Below are positions 11,498 to 21,158 of a stretch of DNA of 64,000 nt, piece by piece (the stretch's first letter is position 1; each line of letters opens with the position of its first letter). The position numbers were made by a program, and so were the translations under genes. The DNA is from Acidobacteriota bacterium (GTDB taxonomy: Bacteria; Acidobacteriota; UBA6911; RPQK01; JAJDTT01). The stretch lies in NCBI GenBank assembly GCA_965263035.1, contig OZ253580.1, positions 2,240,001-2,304,000 of the forward strand, read 5' to 3'. The notes beneath the pieces were generated by a model. It had not been told where the DNA came from and did no database searches. It saw nothing but the letters and a program-made list of their open reading frames with translations.

Positions 11498-12706
11498 CTA
11501 CTCCACCAGGGAGGCGGCGACGGCGTTGGAGACGATTCCCAGCTCCCGGTCGCTCTGGGGCTTGTTGCTGAACAGGGTCATGAAGAGGCCGGTTTCGGGG
11601 TCGGCCCAGACCGAGCAGCCTGTCACCCCGTAGTGGCCGAAGGCCCGCGGCGAGACCAGGCTTCCCATGAACTGGAAGTGTCCATTGTCCCGCAGCTGCC
11701 AGCCGAAACCCGTTGCATAAGCGATCCGGTGGGCGGGGCTCAAACCGGGGAGCCGCGGGAGCTGGTTGCGGGTCATCATCCGGACCGTGGCCGGGCTGAA
11801 AATGCGCACTCCCCGGTACTCTCCGCCGTTCAGGAGCATCTGGAGAAACCGGGTGTAGTCCCGCACGGTGGAGAAGATCCCGCCCCAGGGGTTGCCCAGG
11901 CGATGGAAGTAGTCGCTGTTCCAGTTGCTGACCGCCACCGCCAGCTCGGGCGGCAGGACGCAGTCGGAGATTCGGCTCCGGTCCTGGTCGGTCCGGCCCA
12001 GGAAGGAGTCTGGCATTCCCAGGGGCCGGAAGAATTCCTTTTCCAGGAAATCCGGGGTGGGCATGCCGCTGGCGCGGCAGATCGCTTCGCTCAAGAGGGC
12101 GAAGCCGGCGTTGCAGTACTTGACACCGGTGCCCGGCGCGAAATCGAATTTCCTCCGTTTGAACATCTCGCGGAGGAACCGGTCCAGGGACTGACGGGTG
12201 GCCCGGAATTCCTGGTTGCGGGGGATGGGACCGAAACCGGAGGTGTGGGTCATGAGGTGGATGAGACGAATTCCGTTCTGCTCTTCCGCCACTTCCGGAA
12301 TGATCTCGTGAAGAGGCTGGTTCAATTCCAGGAGACCTCGTTCGATCAGCAGGCAGGCGGCGCTGGCGACGATGGGCTTGGTGCAGGAGGCAATGAGGAA
12401 GATGGTGCCGGCGCTCACCGCCGGGGCGTCGAGGGTGCCCATTCGGCCGAAGGCCCGCGGAGCGACGATCCGGTCTCCCCGGCCCACCAGGATGGCGGCT
12501 CCGTATTCGGGCCGGGGGGACAGCATGCGTTGGACCAGGGCGTAGGCGCGGTCGAGGCGGGTGGGGTCGAGGCCGAGATCCTGGGGGCGGGCGTGGGGGG
12601 CCGGCGCCGAGGTGGCCCGAAGACGGCCGGGAGCAGCGCCCTGAAAGATCGCTACGGCGCCCATGTGGGTGAGGAAGAGGCGTCTGGTGGAGGTTGGTGG
12701 GGTCAT
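11498..12706 (-). CDS. Serine hydrolase, beta-lactamase/class C-like family, probable Tat signal
   Basis: TRRLFL, SxxK (ASCTK), LMTHTSG, YCN, GHYG. Confidence 0.88.
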   Translation of the reverse strand: MTPPTSTRRLFLTHMGAVAIFQGAAPGRLRATSAPAPHARPQDLGLDPTRLDRAYALVQRMLSPRPEYGAAILVGRGDRIVAPRAFGRMGTLDAPAVSAGTIFLIASCTKPIVASAACLLIERGLLELNQPLHEIIPEVAEEQNGIRLIHLMTHTSGFGPIPRNQEFRATRQSLDRFLREMFKRRKFDFAPGTGVKYCNAGFALLSEAICRASGMPTPDFLEKEFFRPLGMPDSFLGRTDQDRSRISDCVLPPELAVAVSNWNSDYFHRLGNPWGGIFSTVRDYTRFLQMLLNGGEYRGVRIFSPATVRMMTRNQLPRLPGLSPAHRIAYATGFGWQLRDNGHFQFMGSLVSPRAFGHYGVTGCSVWADPETGLFMTLFSNKPQSDRELGIVSNAVAASLVE

Positions 12707-12818
12707 GATGGTGCTGAGAAGAAGAGTAAAGAGTAAAGAGGAAAGAGGGAAGAGGAGGTGTTTGGGGATTGTCAATTAGTTGGGGTTTTCGGTTGTTGGA
12801 AGCGCGGAGGGGGGCTAG

Positions 12819-12927
12819 GAGGCTGTCCGAGAATAGACTATTTTCAAAAAGTCTTGTTTGTAAACTACTGATTTATGAAGGGTTAAGTTTTCAAAAACTA
12901 TGATTTTTCGAGTTCTCGGACAGCCTC
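12819..12927. mobile_element. 109-bp MITE (IS5/IS1182-like ends) with CTAG target duplication
   Basis: Terminal inverted repeats GAGGCTGTCCGAGAA / TTCTCGGACAGCCTC; CTAG at 12815-12818 and 12928-12931; AT-rich interior. Confidence 0.85.
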
Positions 12928-12953
12928 CTAGTGCGCCCCTTGACGCCCCGAAT

Positions 12954-13006
12954 CGGCGACAAGAAAGTCGCCGCTCCCAGTCGGCGGCAAGAAAGCCGCC
13001 GCTCCT
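12954..13006. repeat. Tandem REP family-1 hairpins
   Basis: CGGCGACAAGAAAGTCGCCGCTCC and CGGCGGCAAGAAAGCCGCCGCTCC, abutting the dnaE2 stop. Confidence 0.8.
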
Positions 13007-16000
13007 AGTGGAAGTCTCGGCTTTTGAGGCGGACCGAGGCGTTGTCCAGCTTGGGCCTCCAGATCTTGTCGACCACCAGGTGGGTGACTCTTTCCGCCAC
13101 CTGCAGGTTGCCGGTGACCCCCATGCAGGAGAGGGTCTTGGCCAGTACGGAATAACGCTGGAAGGTCTGTTGCCAGATCACCAGGTTCACGAACCCCGTC
13201 TCGTCCTCCAGAGTCATGAAGGTGACTCCCCGTGCGGTCCCCGGCCGCTGGCGGCAGATGACCATGCCCGCATAGTGGACCCGGCGTCCATCCGGCATTC
13301 GGTTGAGTTGGCGGGCGGTGGGCAGCCCCCAGGCGGCCAGAACGGGCCGTAGCGGTTTCAGGAGGTGGGCCTGGGAGCTGTGGCTGGTGACCCGATGGTC
13401 CCAGACGATGCTCTCCAGCCGGCTCAGAGGGGGGAACGGAGGCGAGGGGGCGCGGCTGCTCAACGGCAACCGGGGCGGCCGCCGGCCAGCGAGGCCCTGA
13501 ATCTGCCAGAGGGCGCTCCGGCGGTCCAGGCCGAAGCACTCGAAGGCGCCGGCCTCGGCCAGCGTCTCCAGCTTGTCCTGGCGGAGCCCGCTCCGCCGGA
13601 CGACGTCCGGGAGCTCGCTGAAGGGGGACTGCCGGGCGGCCGCGTCCAACCGGTCCCAGTCCCCTTCCCCCATCCCCTTGACGTAGCGCAGCCCCATGCG
13701 AACCGCGAACCTGGAGGTCCTCTCCGGAGCGGCCGGAGCCGGGACCAGGCTGCAGTCCCAGCGGCTGTGGAGAATGCTGACGGGCCGGACCTCGATCCCA
13801 TGAATCCGGGCGTCGTTGACGATGGTGGAGGGGGAGTAGAACCCCATGGGCTGGGCATTCAGCAGGGCACAGGTGAACTCCGCCGGATAGCGGCACTTGA
13901 GGTAGGCGGTGGCGTAGGCAATATGGGCAAAGCTGGCGGCATGGCTCTCGGGGAAGCCGTAGTCGCCGAATCCACGGACCTGCTGAAAGACGCGCTCGGC
14001 GAACTCCTCCCGGATCCCCTTCCTCACCATGCGGTCCACCAGCCTCCGGTGGTGCCGCTCGATCCGTCCCGAACGCCGCCAGGCCGCCATGTCCCGCCGC
14101 AACTGGTCGGCCTCGCCCGGCGTGTAGTCGGCGGCCACCATGGCCAGTTGCATCACCTGCTCCTGAAACAGGGGGATCCCCAGGGTCTTCTGCAGGACGG
14201 GAATGAGGCAGGGGTGGGGATATTCGACCGCTTCCTCCCCTTTGCGCCGCCGCAGATAGGGATGCACCATGCCTCCCGTGATCGGTCCGGGACGGACGAT
14301 GCTGATCTCGATCACCAGGTCGTAGTAGTTGCGCGGCTTGAGGCGGCCCAGCATGGCCATCTGGGCCCGGCTCTCGATCTGGAACACCCCCACCGTATCG
14401 GCGCGGCAGACCATGTCGAAGGTGGCCGCGTCCTCCCTGGGGAGGGTGGCCAGGGAGAGGACCCGGCGGCGGTGCTGCCGCAGGAGATCGAAGCAGAGGT
14501 GCAGGTGGGTGAGGGCGCCCAGCCCCAGCAGGTCCACCTTGAACAGGCCCGCCTGATCCACGTCCTCCTTGTCCCACTGAATGACGGTCCGGCCCTTCAT
14601 GGAGGCGTTCTCGATGGGCACCAGGTCGTGGACGGGCCGGTGACCCAGCAGAAAGCCTCCGGGATGGATGGAGAGATGGCGGGGAAAATCCTGAATCTCC
14701 TGCACCAGAGCCATCAGATGGCCCAGGGCGGGGCTCCGGGGATCGAGTCCGGCCTGCTCCACCAGTTCCTCGCTCCAGCTTTCGTGGGACACCAGCTTGG
14801 CCAGGCGATCCAGGCTGGTGGCCGAAATCCCCAACACCTTCCCCACTTCCCGGATGGCGGACCGATAGCGGTAACGGACCACGTTGGACACCATGGCGGC
14901 GCGGTCGCGCCCGTACTTCCGGTACACGTGCTGGATCACCTCTTCCCGGCGGTTGTGCTCGATGTCCAGGTCGATGTCGGGAGGCTCGGCCCGCTCCCGG
15001 GACAGAAAACGCTCGAAGAGGAGGTCCACCTGGGTCGGGTCCACGCTGGTGATCCCCAGGGCGAAGCAGACGGTGGAGTTGGCGGCCGATCCCCGGCCTT
15101 GACAGAGGATGCCGTGGCGGCGGCAGTACTCGACGATCTCGTGCATGGTCAGGAAGTAGCCCTCGTACTCCAGCTCCCGGATCAGATCCAGTTCCTTCAC
15201 CAACTGCGGGACCTGGCTCCGGAACTTCCCTCCCAGGCGGCGCTCGGCCCCCTCGAAGGTCCGCCGGCGCAGGTACTGGCTGGAGTCCATTCCTTCCGGC
15301 AGACGCTCCAGCGGATAGCGGTAACGCAACTCCTGGAGCGAGAAGGAACAGCGGTCGGTTACTTGACGGGTCCGCTGGACCGACTCGGGATCATCGGCAA
15401 AAAGACGAGCCAGATCGTCCGGACTCTTCAGGGCGTGCTGATCGTTGGGCCGGATGAGCCGGCCGGCCGCAGACAGGGTCACTCCTTCCCGGATGCAGGT
15501 CAGGACGTCCTGCAGGCGGCGCCGTCCAGAACAGTGGTAGAGCACCTCTACGGCGGCCACCGTGGGCAGTCCGAACCGGTCCGCCAACTCCCGGAGCCGG
15601 ACCTCCCGCAGCACTTCCTCCGCCCGGCGGTGTCTGGCGATCAGGACGTAGAGGCGATCCTGAAAAGCGGCTTGGAGCCGCTCCAGGACAGGTTCCGGTT
15701 CCGTCTGGGCGTGGGACCCGGGGTCCGCCGGCGGGATCCCCCAGAGGGCGATCAGGCCGGGACTGGAGCGGCAGACCTCCCGCCAGCCCAGCCGGCACTC
15801 CCCCTTGGAGGAACGGAGATGCCCGCCGGTCAACAGGCGGCAGAGATTGCGGTAGCCCTCCTGGTCCTGGACCAGCAGCAGGAGCTCCGATCCGTCCCGG
15901 AGGTCGACCTGGGACCCCACGATCAGATGGATGCCCAACCGGCGGGCTCGAACCTGGGCCCGGACGATGCCGTAGACTCCGTTGCGATCGGTGAGGGCCA

Positions 16001-16217
16001 GGGCGGGAATTTCCTTTTCATGGCAGGCCTCCACCAGTTCCTCGGGGTGGCTGGCCCCTTCCAGGAAGGAGTAGTTGCTCTTGCACCAGAGGGGGACGTA
16101 GGGCTCTGGAGCGGCGGTTTCCAGCCGCCGGGCTCCGGAGCGACAACTTGGCGCAGAAGAATGGGCGACTGGAAATCGCCCCTCCTGTGGGCGATTGGAA
16201 ATCGCCCCTCCTGTCAC
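13005..16217 (-). CDS. dnaE2: Error-prone DNA polymerase DnaE2 (ImuC)
   Basis: PHP domain SNYSFLEGASHPEEL, CQGRGSAANS, EPPDIDLDIEH, FPRHLSIHPGG, YGFPESHAASFA, C-terminal SRDFH; GTG start overlaps the imuB stop. Confidence 0.95.
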   Translation of the reverse strand: MTGGAISNRPQEGRFPVAHSSAPSCRSGARRLETAAPEPYVPLWCKSNYSFLEGASHPEELVEACHEKEIPALALTDRNGVYGIVRAQVRARRLGIHLIVGSQVDLRDGSELLLLVQDQEGYRNLCRLLTGGHLRSSKGECRLGWREVCRSSPGLIALWGIPPADPGSHAQTEPEPVLERLQAAFQDRLYVLIARHRRAEEVLREVRLRELADRFGLPTVAAVEVLYHCSGRRRLQDVLTCIREGVTLSAAGRLIRPNDQHALKSPDDLARLFADDPESVQRTRQVTDRCSFSLQELRYRYPLERLPEGMDSSQYLRRRTFEGAERRLGGKFRSQVPQLVKELDLIRELEYEGYFLTMHEIVEYCRRHGILCQGRGSAANSTVCFALGITSVDPTQVDLLFERFLSRERAEPPDIDLDIEHNRREEVIQHVYRKYGRDRAAMVSNVVRYRYRSAIREVGKVLGISATSLDRLAKLVSHESWSEELVEQAGLDPRSPALGHLMALVQEIQDFPRHLSIHPGGFLLGHRPVHDLVPIENASMKGRTVIQWDKEDVDQAGLFKVDLLGLGALTHLHLCFDLLRQHRRRVLSLATLPREDAATFDMVCRADTVGVFQIESRAQMAMLGRLKPRNYYDLVIEISIVRPGPITGGMVHPYLRRRKGEEAVEYPHPCLIPVLQKTLGIPLFQEQVMQLAMVAADYTPGEADQLRRDMAAWRRSGRIERHHRRLVDRMVRKGIREEFAERVFQQVRGFGDYGFPESHAASFAHIAYATAYLKCRYPAEFTCALLNAQPMGFYSPSTIVNDARIHGIEVRPVSILHSRWDCSLVPAPAAPERTSRFAVRMGLRYVKGMGEGDWDRLDAAARQSPFSELPDVVRRSGLRQDKLETLAEAGAFECFGLDRRSALWQIQGLAGRRPPRLPLSSRAPSPPFPPLSRLESIVWDHRVTSHSSQAHLLKPLRPVLAAWGLPTARQLNRMPDGRRVHYAGMVICRQRPGTARGVTFMTLEDETGFVNLVIWQQTFQRYSVLAKTLSCMGVTGNLQVAERVTHLVVDKIWRPKLDNASVRLKSRDFH
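16108..16213. repeat. Three REP family-1 hairpins inside the dnaE2 5' end
   Basis: GGAGCGGCGGTTTCCAGCCGCC, GGGCGACTGGAAATCGCCCCTCC, GGGCGATTGGAAATCGCCCCTCC. Confidence 0.75.
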
Positions 16218-17686
16218 TCGACTCGGCCCTGCGAGTACCAGCGCCGCCTCTTCTGGTCGTAGTAGACCCAGAGGATCTCGCCCCGGCCGGTGCCGACGAA
16301 CCGGTAGTCCCGACGGACCTCCCGGCTCCACCATCCTCCGCTGATGAGATAACCCAGCAGGCGCCCCAGTCCCGGGGATCTCTTCCACCACCGGCCCGCC
16401 GACTCCAAGGGAGACCGTTTCAGCGGCCGGGGACGGGCGTGGGCGCGCCGCACCAGGGAGCGCAGAGAGACCGAACGGGGGCTGGCCGCCGGGAGCTTCT
16501 CGAGGGGCCGCCACTCGCAACGGGCTTCCGGCAGATGCCCCGACTTGAGCCGGGCCGAGACCACCGAATCGGGGCCGAACTCGGCCCGGACCCGGGCCAG
16601 AGCGCGCAGGGCCGCCTCCAGGTTCCGGCTCGGGTTCCGTTGCAGAAGGCTCACCACCCGGGGGGCGGCGGACACGCCCTCCACCTCCAGGGAGAGCTCC
16701 ACCGGACGAACCGGCAGGGAGAGGCTCTCCAGGCGCAAACGGACCAGATCCAGCAGGGCCGAAACCTTCAAGGTGGGCCTGGCCGGCTGGATCTGCTCGA
16801 GGCGGCGGTGGCCGTCCTCCAGCAGCAGCTGCAACCGGAGGACGGCCACCTTCTGGCCCCTGTCCGCCGCCGCCATCAACAAGGGGTCCAGCAACTGCTT
16901 GATCCTGAAAAGGAGCCTCGGCGCATTGGATTCGGGCTCCTCCAGTTCCGTCCGGGCACGGAGAGGCTCGGGGATCATTCGGGGCTGGAGCGGCAGCGAA
17001 AGCTCACCCGCCGCAAGACGGTACAGGGTCCGGGCCTCCCGGCCGAGATGCCGGGCGATGCCGCCTTGGGGAAGATCCAGGAAGTCTCCGACGGTGTGAA
17101 TCCCCAGCTTCTCCAGCCGGTCGCGCAAGCTCGGGGCGATCCGCAGATGCTGCAGGCGCACCTTGCGGCTGCAGACCTCCTCCATCTCGAAGGAGGGGAG
17201 CACCATCACCCGGTTCTCCGCCTTGGCGATGGCATAGCTGCCGAAACGGCTGAAGCCGACCACGATACTCGCCGGCAGCTCCAGCCGGGAGAAACCGGAG
17301 GCCATCTCCCGGGTCCAGTTCTCGAAAGAGCCGTAGAGCCTGTCGAGCCGGGTGGCGTCGACCCAGAAAATCCCGGGTTCGTCTTCAGAGGGCTCGACCC
17401 CGGGACTGAAATCGGCCAGCAGCTCGTGCACCTGCCGGACCGCGGCCCCGATCTCCTCCTCCGAAACCGTGCCCGCACACAGGTTCCGATCCAGGGAGAG
17501 GCCGGAGGCATAGCGCATCCCCGGCCGAATGCCGGCCCCGGCAGCCGCGGAGTTGACCCACAGGATGGGGCTCTGAGGTTTCTCCTGCTCCACCACCGCA
17601 ACCGGTCTCTGCCTCCACTCCGGATGCCTCCTCATCAGGAGCTGCAGCGGCAGTGCCCGGATGTTAATGCAGGCCGTCCGGTCCAC
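16214..17686 (-). CDS. imuB: Y-family polymerase-like ImuB (start GTG 17686 or ATG 17719)
   Basis: FPLQLL-like N-terminus, GIRPGMRYASG, FSPGVEP, LEKLGIHTVGDF, SGGWW..EVRRDY; position in the cassette. Confidence 0.9.
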   Translation of the reverse strand: MDRTACINIRALPLQLLMRRHPEWRQRPVAVVEQEKPQSPILWVNSAAAGAGIRPGMRYASGLSLDRNLCAGTVSEEEIGAAVRQVHELLADFSPGVEPSEDEPGIFWVDATRLDRLYGSFENWTREMASGFSRLELPASIVVGFSRFGSYAIAKAENRVMVLPSFEMEEVCSRKVRLQHLRIAPSLRDRLEKLGIHTVGDFLDLPQGGIARHLGREARTLYRLAAGELSLPLQPRMIPEPLRARTELEEPESNAPRLLFRIKQLLDPLLMAAADRGQKVAVLRLQLLLEDGHRRLEQIQPARPTLKVSALLDLVRLRLESLSLPVRPVELSLEVEGVSAAPRVVSLLQRNPSRNLEAALRALARVRAEFGPDSVVSARLKSGHLPEARCEWRPLEKLPAASPRSVSLRSLVRRAHARPRPLKRSPLESAGRWWKRSPGLGRLLGYLISGGWWSREVRRDYRFVGTGRGEILWVYYDQKRRRWYSQGRVE

Positions 17687-18299
17687 GGCAGACCTCGGTG
17701 TGGCTCCAACCCGGTCCATGACGCCTGTCCTTCAAGATCTCGATCTGGTACTGGAAGCGATCGACCTCCAGACGCCGGCAGGAGGTCTGTCCCCGCAGAG
17801 AGACCATGGATCCCAGCGAAGGCGCCCCCCGAGCCTTGGAGGTGAGGCAGAGGAGGGCGGCATCGTGGGTCCGCGCCTGCTGGACCAGACGCGTCTGCAG
17901 CGGTACGGAAATGGTGCGATTGGAGTTCAGGTCCATCACGATCAGTCCGAAAGCCCCCGACCTCAGGAGCCGGTCCGCCGCGCGCCCCGCGGACTGAGCG
18001 TCCGGGACCCGAATCACCACCAGGGCATCCAGGTCCACGCCGTTCTCGGCCGCGTCCGGAGCGAAGAAAGTGCCCGGTCCGGCCGCGATCCAGGCGGCCG
18101 GCTCCCCTTCCAGTTGTGCGTCCAGCACCAGCCGAAAGGCGGACGTCAGCAGCGCCGCTCCGGAAATCGAGGAGAGTTCACAGAGGCGGCCGGCCAACTG
18201 TTCCCGGGACCAGAGTGGAGTTTCCGTCCGGGGCGTTGCCGCCGCCCAATCGAGATGGGTCCTGAGACCCCGCAGATCGATGGCTTGCAAGGCTGACAT
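17664..18299 (-). CDS. imuA: ImuA / RecA-like protein
   Basis: LAGRLCELS, FFAPDAAENGVDLDALVVIR, AADRLLRSGAFGLIVMDL; lies between lexA and imuB. Confidence 0.85.
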   Translation of the reverse strand: MSALQAIDLRGLRTHLDWAAATPRTETPLWSREQLAGRLCELSSISGAALLTSAFRLVLDAQLEGEPAAWIAAGPGTFFAPDAAENGVDLDALVVIRVPDAQSAGRAADRLLRSGAFGLIVMDLNSNRTISVPLQTRLVQQARTHDAALLCLTSKARGAPSLGSMVSLRGQTSCRRLEVDRFQYQIEILKDRRHGPGWSHTEVCRGPDGLH

Positions 18300-18309
18300 G
18301 CTTCCTCCT

Positions 18310-18927
18310 TTACTCAAAACTCCTTCTGACTTCGATGACCTTGCCCAGGATCGAGAACGGCTCTCCGTCCTCTCGAGGGACGATGGGCTCGAAGGCGTCG
18401 TTTTCGGGATGCAGTTCGACCCGGCCCTTCTCCTCCCGGTACCGCTTGACGGTCGCCTCTTCACCCACCAGGGCCACTACGATCTCCCCCGTCCTGGCGG
18501 CCGGCTGCCGGCGGACGATCACGGTGTCCCCCGGCAGGATGCCGGCCCGGAGCATGCTCTCCCCCTGAACGGTCAGGGCGAAGAGCTCCCGGTCGTCGAA
18601 GGGGCTCTTCTGCACCAGGAGATAGTCGCCCGGGTCCTGCAGGGCCGTGGTCAACTCTCCCGCCTGGACCCGGCCCAGCATGGGGATCAGCCGGGAGGAA
18701 AGAGACCGCCCCAACTCCGGCAGGCGGTGGGACCGGGCCTTGCCCGAGTCCTTCACCAGCTTCCCCTCGGCCACCAGCGCCTCCAGATGCTGGCGCGCCG
18801 ACTGGACCGCCCGGAACCCGAAGGCCTGCTGCACCTCCCGGACGGTGGGTGGAGCTCCGTTCAGGATCCTCTCCCGCACGAACTCGTAGACCTTCTTCCG
18901 TGTCTCTCCAGGTGGCGTATAGGCCAT
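18310..18927 (-). CDS. lexA: LexA repressor
   Basis: wHTH PPTVREVQQAFG, cleavage site VQAG, catalytic GESM and ATVKR, LHPEN. Confidence 0.93.
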   Translation of the reverse strand: MAYTPPGETRKKVYEFVRERILNGAPPTVREVQQAFGFRAVQSARQHLEALVAEGKLVKDSGKARSHRLPELGRSLSSRLIPMLGRVQAGELTTALQDPGDYLLVQKSPFDDRELFALTVQGESMLRAGILPGDTVIVRRQPAARTGEIVVALVGEEATVKRYREEKGRVELHPENDAFEPIVPREDGEPFSILGKVIEVRRSFE

Positions 18928-18980
18928 GTCTCCCTCCCTGGCCGTTGACGGCCGAGCGATCGAAAAACTCAGGAAAAGAA

Positions 18981-19010
18981 AGAATAACAGACATTTGTCT
19001 GTTATGGCAA
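18981..19010 (-). promoter_or_regulatory. Putative sigma70 promoter of the lexA cassette with a 22-bp palindromic operator
   Basis: Minus strand TTGCCA-N18-TATTCT; palindrome ATAACAGACA-TT-TGTCTGTTAT at 18984-19005 fills the spacer. Confidence 0.7.
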
Positions 19011-19061
19011 GCGTTTCTTGACTTCATCTCGGGAACTTGCCCAACTCATTGAAAACAGGAG

Positions 19062-19146
19062 CGGGAGCGGCGTCTTTCCAGGCGGCGAATTCCAGAATCA
19101 CAGTACGCCAAAAAGGGTCCGGGAGACTGGAAAGTCCCCCTCCTGT
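19062..19146. repeat. Degenerate REP family-1 doublet
   Basis: GGGAGCGGCGTCTTTCCAGGCGGC ... GGGAGACTGGAAAGTCCCCCTCC. Confidence 0.55.
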
Positions 19147-19221
19147 TGGGAAAGTTCAGCCTTACTTTACCGATATAAGTAAGGAATTAATCTATATTGT
19201 AAGTCGATTTCAGGTATTGCC

Positions 19222-20265
19222 ATGATCGAATCTTCCATCGGGGACGCGGCCGTTCCAGACCCGTCGCTTGCCGGGTGGGAACGGACGGACGGGAGTCTCT
19301 TCCGCATCGACGCCCAGAGTCACATGGTCCCGCCCCCCGTCCTCGAGTTCATGATGACCCGCGACACCGTCCCCCGGGCCTACAAACAGGAGGGCGCCTA
19401 CTACACGCTCACGGGCGAATGGCGCCGGCGCGTCCGCCCGCAACACCTGGACGTCGACGCCAAGATCGCCGACATGGACCGGGCCGGCATCCGGACAGCC
19501 GCTCTCAGCATCAACGACCCCGGACCCGAATGCTTCGGCGCCGACGGCCCCAAGGTGGCCAGGCTGGCGCACGATTTCATCGGAGACGCTGTCGAATCGT
19601 ACCCGGGCCGTTTCTTCGGATTGGCAACGCTCCCGCTCCATCACATGGAGGAGGCGCTCAAGGAGCTGGACCGTTGCGTCGACAAGCTCGGCTTTCGCGG
19701 CATCCTGCTCTACTCGAACCTGGCGGGCCGCTTTCCCGACGAAGACGAGTTCCGGCCTCTGTTCCAGCGCGCCGAGGAGATGGGCGTCCCCATCCTGCTG
19801 CACCCGGCCTATCCGATGACGTACGACGCCGTGAAGGGCCGCTCCCTGGTGGGCGGCCTGGGGTTGATGTTCGACACCACCATCGCCCTGGCCCGGATCA
19901 TCCTGGCCGGGATCCTCGACCGGCACCCCCGGCTCAAGCTGCTCTGCCCTCACGTGGGCGGAGCGCTCCCCTATCTGATCGGCCGCATGGACCACCAGAC
20001 CCAGGTGCTCAAGCGGGGAGCGGACAACATCACCCGGCCGCCCAGCGAATACCTGCGCCAAATCTATCTCGACACCGTCTCGCCCATCGCCATGGCCATC
20101 CGGTACGGCTACGACTTCGCCGGCCCCGACCGGCTGCTCTACGCCAGCGACCATCCGTGGGTGGATCCCAACCTGATCGTGTCGAAAATCGACAGTCTCG
20201 GCCTGCCGGCTGCGGATCGGAAGAAGATCTACACCGACAACGCGAAGAAGCTCTTCCAGCTATGA
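19222..20265 (+). CDS. Amidohydrolase_2 family protein (ACMSD/decarboxylase-like)
   Basis: IDAQSH, IADMDRAGI, ILLHP, PHVGGALPYL, LLYASDHPW, NAKKLF. Confidence 0.88.
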   Translation: MIESSIGDAAVPDPSLAGWERTDGSLFRIDAQSHMVPPPVLEFMMTRDTVPRAYKQEGAYYTLTGEWRRRVRPQHLDVDAKIADMDRAGIRTAALSINDPGPECFGADGPKVARLAHDFIGDAVESYPGRFFGLATLPLHHMEEALKELDRCVDKLGFRGILLYSNLAGRFPDEDEFRPLFQRAEEMGVPILLHPAYPMTYDAVKGRSLVGGLGLMFDTTIALARIILAGILDRHPRLKLLCPHVGGALPYLIGRMDHQTQVLKRGADNITRPPSEYLRQIYLDTVSPIAMAIRYGYDFAGPDRLLYASDHPWVDPNLIVSKIDSLGLPAADRKKIYTDNAKKLFQL

Positions 20266-21158
20266 CACCGGCGGCCGGCCGGCCACAAGAGGCGTCTGCG
20301 GCAAGGACTCCTCCCGAGCCCTCTTCCTACCGATTTCGGCTCGCCATCTGCAGCGGGACGTTCCATGGCTGGAGCTTCGCCGACGCCTGCAAAGGAGCGG
20401 TCCGAACCGGCTACGAGGCGATCGAGATCGCGCCCCATCTGCTCTCGGACGATCCCAACTCCCTTTCCGCCGGCCGGCGCAGGGAGCTGCGGGACATCCG
20501 CGAGTCGGAGGGCCTCCTCTACGTAGGAATGCACAACATGCTCAAGGCCCCGGGCTGGCTTCACCTGACGACGCCGGACCGGATCCGGCGTGGGAAAAGC
20601 TGGGATTACTTCCGCGGTCTCGTCGACCTGTGCGCCGACCTGGGCGACGACGGCCTGATGATTCTGGGATCGGCCCGGCAGCGCAACACGGTGGAGGGAG
20701 CGACGCGCCGGGAGGCCACGGGACGTCTGGCCGAGGGCCTCGCCGCGGTGTCGCCCCATGCCGAGGCGCGCCGGGTGCGGATCCTCCTGGAGCCTCTGGC
20801 ACCGCATCTGTGCGACGTGGTCAACAACCTGGAGGAGGCGACCGCCATCGTCGAGCAGGTCGGCAGTCCGGCGGTGCAGTCCATGTTCGACACCCACAAC
20901 GCCGTCGCTGAGACGCTGCCCCACGGCGAGGCGGTCCGGAAGCACTATCGCTACCTCAAGCACGTCCACGTCAACGAGCTGGACGGCCGCCACCCGGGCA
21001 CCGGCGACTACGACTTCAGGCCGCCCCTGCAGGCGCTGAAGGGCCTATCCTATCCGGGCTGGGTGTCGCTCGAGGTGTTCCACTTCGATCACGGCCCCGA
21101 AAACATTGCTCGCGATTCGGCAACGTTCATCAGGGAACTGGAAAGGGAGTTGGACTAG
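20262..21158 (+). CDS. Sugar phosphate isomerase/epimerase (AP_endonuc_2 TIM barrel)
   Basis: GYEAIEIAP, LLEPL, MFDTHN, HVHVNE, PGTGDYDF, WVSLEVF; ATG overlaps the upstream stop. Confidence 0.88.
   Translation: MTPAAGRPQEASAARTPPEPSSYRFRLAICSGTFHGWSFADACKGAVRTGYEAIEIAPHLLSDDPNSLSAGRRRELRDIRESEGLLYVGMHNMLKAPGWLHLTTPDRIRRGKSWDYFRGLVDLCADLGDDGLMILGSARQRNTVEGATRREATGRLAEGLAAVSPHAEARRVRILLEPLAPHLCDVVNNLEEATAIVEQVGSPAVQSMFDTHNAVAETLPHGEAVRKHYRYLKHVHVNELDGRHPGTGDYDFRPPLQALKGLSYPGWVSLEVFHFDHGPENIARDSATFIRELERELD

Noticed and set aside
11498-12706. Beta-lactam resistance gene
   Set aside because: Motifs fit the broad serine hydrolase/esterase family; nothing indicates a true beta-lactamase.
13365-16262. 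965-aa plus-strand ORF, and similar long ORFs at 6670, 10178, 11495, 16148, 28485 and 52192
   Set aside because: Antisense shadows of well-supported genes in high-GC DNA; no recognisable motifs.
19275-20261. Apparent 627-aa ORF fused to the epimerase
   Set aside because: The first 329 codons are an off-frame overlap of the amidohydrolase; the real start is ATG 20262.
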